Shown here one piece after another: positions 60,439-64,000 of a stretch of 64,000 nt of DNA. The notes below the pieces were generated by a model that made no database searches, was not told the DNA's origin, and saw nothing but the letters and a program-made list of their open reading frames with translations. The DNA lies in contig JAMWCW010000002.1 of the NCBI GenBank assembly GCA_023819145.1, forward strand, positions 11,231 through 75,230, read 5' to 3'. Position numbers and translations under genes: made by a program. The DNA comes from Candidatus Omnitrophota bacterium. GTDB lineage: Bacteria; Omnitrophota; Gorgyraeia; DTHP01. How positions within the stretch are numbered: the first letter of the stretch is position 1; each line of letters begins with the position of its first letter.

Positions 60439-62415
60439 TCACTTAGGTTCTATATCAATAGTCAAAACGTTGCCTTTAAATTTTCTTTGCTTCTTAAAAA
60501 CCTTATCCAACAGAGCAAATACATTTTTTATATTACCAGATTTTATAAAAATTTGCCAGCGATATTTATCTCTCAGTTTTAAAACCGGATGAGGAATGGC
60601 ATCGGATATAAAAATTCCTCGCGAAGTATTCATTTCCTTTATGCTCCTTGCCAAAAGATGGGCATTTTTTTCTACATTTTTTTGGTTCTTACCCCGCAGA
60701 TTAAGGACTATAAGATTCTTAAAAGGTGGTAATCCTAATTCTTTTCTTAAACTCAATTCATCTTGATAAAACATCTCATAATCAAGTTTCTTTAAAGCAT
60801 CAAATAAATTATTTTGCGGATTACGCGTTTGAATCAAAAGCTCCCCCCATTCATTATCTTGTTTTAACAAACTCAAGAATCTTATCAACAAAGAAAAAAT
60901 CCTCTCTCCCCCCCGAAAATCAGGGAATTTAACATCCTCTTCTAAATTGACTATCCCCACGAGTCCAATTCCAGATAAGGGAGGCAATTTTACGAGCATG
61001 TTTGTTCCCGTTAAAATATCTATACGTTTTTCCTGAAAATCTTTAAGCACATTTTTCAATACCTTTTCCCGTTTAATATCTAAATCAATCCTTGCGGTTT
61101 TTGCGCGAGGGAAAAGTCTACTCAATTCACTCTCCAGCTTCTCCGTCCCTATACCCTGATAACGTAAATAGGATGTTTGGCAATTAGGACAGAGTGAAGG
61201 TGCTTCCTGAACAGCTCCACAATAATGACAAACCAGCTTCTTAATAGAGAAATGATAGATAAAATTCCGCTCACAACGTTCACAACGCATTACTCTACCA
61301 CATTTCCTACATCTGATAAAAGTAGCAAAACCTCTGCGATTAAGCACAAGAAAGACCTTATTACCTTTTTCTAAAACTTCATTTATCTTTATTTCCAAAG
61401 GCTTAGTTATATAGTTTTTACTTCGTCTGCCACTTGATAAGTCTATAACAGATACATTCGGATATCTCTCGGGCTTATTTCTTAAGTCAATAAGCCAAAA
61501 ACCATCTTTCTTTGCTTTATAATAAGTTTCTACCAAAGGCGGAATACCCACCAATATCAAAGGTATTTTAAAATAATTTGCACGACAAATTGCCACATCT
61601 CTTGCATTAAAAAAGGGAAATTCATCTTGTTTATGAAAAGTAGAACTTTCATCCTCTACGATAATTAATCCAAAGTTTTCCTGAGGAAGGAAAACTGCCA
61701 TTCTTGTTCCTATAACTACCTTGGGGTATTTCCCTCTAATCTTACACCAGTTAATGAAACCATCCTTCTCGCTAAATCCACTGTGATAAAGAATAATCTC
61801 ATAAGAATCAAATTTTCTTTTTAACACAGAATACAGATTATCAGCTATGTAAATTTCCGGAACAATAATAAGCACGCTCTTTCCTTCATTAAGAACCCAT
61901 TCGCAAATTTCGTAATAGATATTTAATCTCTTTTCTTGAAAATAGTCCTCGAAAATAAGAAAATTGAAATTTTCTTTCTCCTTTATTAAATTAATCATTC
62001 TCTCAGCCTCAGGAGAAAATTTTGTAAAAATTCTCTCTTTACTTAAGGTTTGCGGTTTTTCTTCCAAAACTAATGTTTTTTTAGGTCGGCGGAGATAGGC
62101 AGGAGTAGCTAATGCCATCATTTCGCCCCAACTGGCAAAATAATGCTCAGAAAGAGTTTTCAGAAAAAAGAGTATTTTTTTTGTAAAAAGAATCTCTTTA
62201 TCTAAAACGGAAATAATTTCTTTGGTATAAGAACTCTTACTTTTTTTACTTTTTCCAATACAGTAACCTACGACCTTCCTTTTTCCAAAAGGAACATAAA
62301 CTCTTTTCCCAATCTCTGCATCCTTCATTAAGGAATCAGGGATCGCATAGTCAAATGACTTTTTAAGTGGAAGCCCGAAAATTACTTCGGCGTATTTATC
62401 CATAATTGTATTCAA
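60439..62415 (-). CDS. priA: primosomal protein N' (PriA helicase)
   Basis: N-terminal 3'-binding domain, helicase motifs, double Zn-finger (CRKCGRVMRCERCE...CHYCG...CPNCQ). priA-def-fmt order. Confidence 0.9.
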   Translation of the reverse strand: MNTIMDKYAEVIFGLPLKKSFDYAIPDSLMKDAEIGKRVYVPFGKRKVVGYCIGKSKKSKSSYTKEIISVLDKEILFTKKILFFLKTLSEHYFASWGEMMALATPAYLRRPKKTLVLEEKPQTLSKERIFTKFSPEAERMINLIKEKENFNFLIFEDYFQEKRLNIYYEICEWVLNEGKSVLIIVPEIYIADNLYSVLKRKFDSYEIILYHSGFSEKDGFINWCKIRGKYPKVVIGTRMAVFLPQENFGLIIVEDESSTFHKQDEFPFFNARDVAICRANYFKIPLILVGIPPLVETYYKAKKDGFWLIDLRNKPERYPNVSVIDLSSGRRSKNYITKPLEIKINEVLEKGNKVFLVLNRRGFATFIRCRKCGRVMRCERCERNFIYHFSIKKLVCHYCGAVQEAPSLCPNCQTSYLRYQGIGTEKLESELSRLFPRAKTARIDLDIKREKVLKNVLKDFQEKRIDILTGTNMLVKLPPLSGIGLVGIVNLEEDVKFPDFRGGERIFSLLIRFLSLLKQDNEWGELLIQTRNPQNNLFDALKKLDYEMFYQDELSLRKELGLPPFKNLIVLNLRGKNQKNVEKNAHLLARSIKEMNTSRGIFISDAIPHPVLKLRDKYRWQIFIKSGNIKNVFALLDKVFKKQRKFKGNVLTIDIEPK

Positions 62416-62446
62416 ATCCCAAAATCTAAATCCTAAACTTATTACT

Positions 62447-63103
62447 TTAGGGTTGTACTATTTTTATTGCCTTTTTAAAATCTTGCCATGCAGCTTTTTT
62501 TTCTGATGGATTACGTAAAAGATATGCGGGATGAAAAGTAGGAATAACCTTTATTCCTTCATAGAGATATTCTTGTCCATGGACTTGGGTCAAAGAAAGG
62601 TCTTTTTTAGATAAAGCAAGATTCGCAAACCTCCCCAAAGCACAAATTACCTTTGGTTTAATAATCTCAATCTGTCGTTTTAAATAGTCAAAACATGCAT
62701 TAATTTCTTGAGGATAAGGAGAACGATTGTACGGTGGACGACATTTTAAGACGTTAGCGATATAAACCTCCTCCCTCCTAAATCCCATTGCTTCAATAAT
62801 CTGCGTAAGTAATTTCCCTGCCTTTCCCACAAAAGGTTTGCCTTCTTTATCTTCTTCTTCACCAGGTGCCTCTCCCAAAAAGATAATCTTTGCATAAGGA
62901 TTCCCTTCGCCAAAAACTATATTTTTCCTTGTTTTGTAAAGAGTACACTTTTGGCAAATTAAGACCTCTTCTCTAATCTCTTTAAGCAAATCTAATCTCT
63001 TCTGAATGCTTCCCCCTTTCATAAAATATTCTACTCCCATCTTTCTCTCTATCTCTAAATAACCCTCAATGTTTCTTAAGGTTTTTTCCAAGAAATTATT
63101 CAT
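62447..63103 (-). CDS. uracil-DNA glycosylase, family 4 (4Fe-4S)
   Basis: GEGNPYAKIIFLGEAPGEEED...GKAGKLL and HPAYLLRNP motifs. Cys ligands present. Confidence 0.9.
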   Translation of the reverse strand: MNNFLEKTLRNIEGYLEIERKMGVEYFMKGGSIQKRLDLLKEIREEVLICQKCTLYKTRKNIVFGEGNPYAKIIFLGEAPGEEEDKEGKPFVGKAGKLLTQIIEAMGFRREEVYIANVLKCRPPYNRSPYPQEINACFDYLKRQIEIIKPKVICALGRFANLALSKKDLSLTQVHGQEYLYEGIKVIPTFHPAYLLRNPSEKKAAWQDFKKAIKIVQP

Positions 63104-63168
63104 TTAAATACAAACATAGATTATGCATTGTCGGGGGAGTATTTATTAATAATTAGTGTTTAGAAGAT

Positions 63169-64000
63169 TTATTTAAAATATTCTAAATTTTGCTTGACCC
63201 AACAAATTATTCTATCTATGCCTTCTTCGGGATTAATTTCGGGTTTCCATTTTAAAGTTCTGCTCACCTTAGTAATATCCGAGATATAAACCTTCTGGTC
63301 TGAAGGTCGCCAGTGAGAGAAACTTATTTTTGGACTTTTGCCTGTCTTTTTTTTCAGAAACTTAAACATTTCTAGAAGGGAAATAGTGTTACTTGCCCCT
63401 CCTCCAATATTAAATACCTCATTTTTTATATCGGATTTTATAAACTTATCAAACGCTTCTACCAAATTGCTCACATAGAGCAAATCGCGTACCTGTTTCC
63501 CATTACCATAAACAGTTATCGGCTTATCCAAAAGTGTAGCGATTACAAACCAAGCCACCCACCCTTGGTCCTCAAAGCCAAATTGCCTTATCCCATAGAT
63601 GCAGGACATGCGAAACACTCCAGTTTTCATTCCATAGATATGCGCATATTCTTGAGTATATAAATCTCCCACCAATTTACTTACTCCGTAAGGGGTGTGT
63701 CCGGTTAAATCAGTAGAAAGATTTTCGGAAATCCCTTTAATATCTTTGAAAACATAACGTGTATTTTTCTCCACAATAGGAAATTTATCTACATTTTCTC
63801 CGTAAACTTTATTGGTTGAGGTATAAATAAAGGTTGCCTGAGGCGAAATCTGACGTAATGTCTCTAATACATTAAGCGTGCCAAAGGCATTGATACCAAA
63901 GTCTTCACGAGGCATTCTTACGCTGGAAGGCACCCCCGGTTGACCTGCAGTATGAATAACTACATCCACTCCCTTACCCATTGCTTTTTTCACATCCTCT
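63169..64000 (-). CDS. NAD-dependent epimerase/dehydratase (extended SDR), 5' end probably beyond window
   Basis: SDR YxxxK (PYGVSK) and substrate-binding region. The listed Met at 63993 has no upstream stop within the window and the Rossmann GxxGxxG region is missing, so the N-terminus probably lies beyond the window. Confidence 0.8.
   Translation of the reverse strand, partial: EDVKKAMGKGVDVVIHTAGQPGVPSSVRMPREDFGINAFGTLNVLETLRQISPQATFIYTSTNKVYGENVDKFPIVEKNTRYVFKDIKGISENLSTDLTGHTPYGVSKLVGDLYTQEYAHIYGMKTGVFRMSCIYGIRQFGFEDQGWVAWFVIATLLDKPITVYGNGKQVRDLLYVSNLVEAFDKFIKSDIKNEVFNIGGGASNTISLLEMFKFLKKKTGKSPKISFSHWRPSDQKVYISDITKVSRTLKWKPEINPEEGIDRIICWVKQNLEYFK

Noticed and set aside
63225-63260. cttcgggattaatttcgggtttcc in the SDR epimerase gene as another repeat copy
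   Set aside because: Only two loosely similar units, encoding a plausible native segment (KPEINPEEG). Insufficient to call.

Overview
This is an AT-rich (roughly mid-30s % GC), very compact bacterial chromosomal segment with about 65 protein-coding genes. Every annotated gene is on the minus strand except one small plus-strand ORF. The content is overwhelmingly core housekeeping. The minus-strand genes, listed in order of increasing coordinate, are:
- gatCAB-ctpA-yibQ-like-tsaD-mgtC
- groES-groEL with a textbook CIRCE operator
- coaX, uvrB, nadC, valS
- citramalate/isopropylmalate synthase and aspartokinase
- cstA-apgM, and a CorC-like protein with mgtE
- rplU-rpmA-obg-proB-proA-nadD
- an NCS2 purine permease, truA, asd, leuBDC
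- a five-gene oligopeptide ABC transporter
- gap-pgk-tpiA-secG
- priA-def-fmt, a family-4 UDG, and an SDR epimerase at the right edge
No rRNA, tRNA, CRISPR array, integrase or transposase was seen.
The non-routine observations are:
1. A family of short tandem heptanucleotide repeats (consensus ATTTCGG / CCGAAAT, with TTCGAAT and TTCAAAA variants) is inserted in-frame into at least four unrelated housekeeping genes: valS (twice), truA, leuC and oppC. A nearly identical 30-mer occurs in valS and oppC.
2. An unannotated 32-aa single-TM micropeptide ORF joins an SNF-family transporter and a CPBP intramembrane protease with ATGA stop/start overlaps at both ends.
3. Two tandem GalT-like HIT-superfamily paralogs lie upstream of gap; one has the catalytic HPH motif degenerated to HTR.
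4. A cluster of two B12-binding radical SAM genes, two GT2 glycosyltransferases and a DUF2304 membrane protein sits between coaX and uvrB.
5. A bactofilin fused to an excisionase-type HTH sits next to a second HTH protein with a hydrophobic tail.
I cannot show that any of these is a new defence-type system. Most of the window is ordinary core genome.
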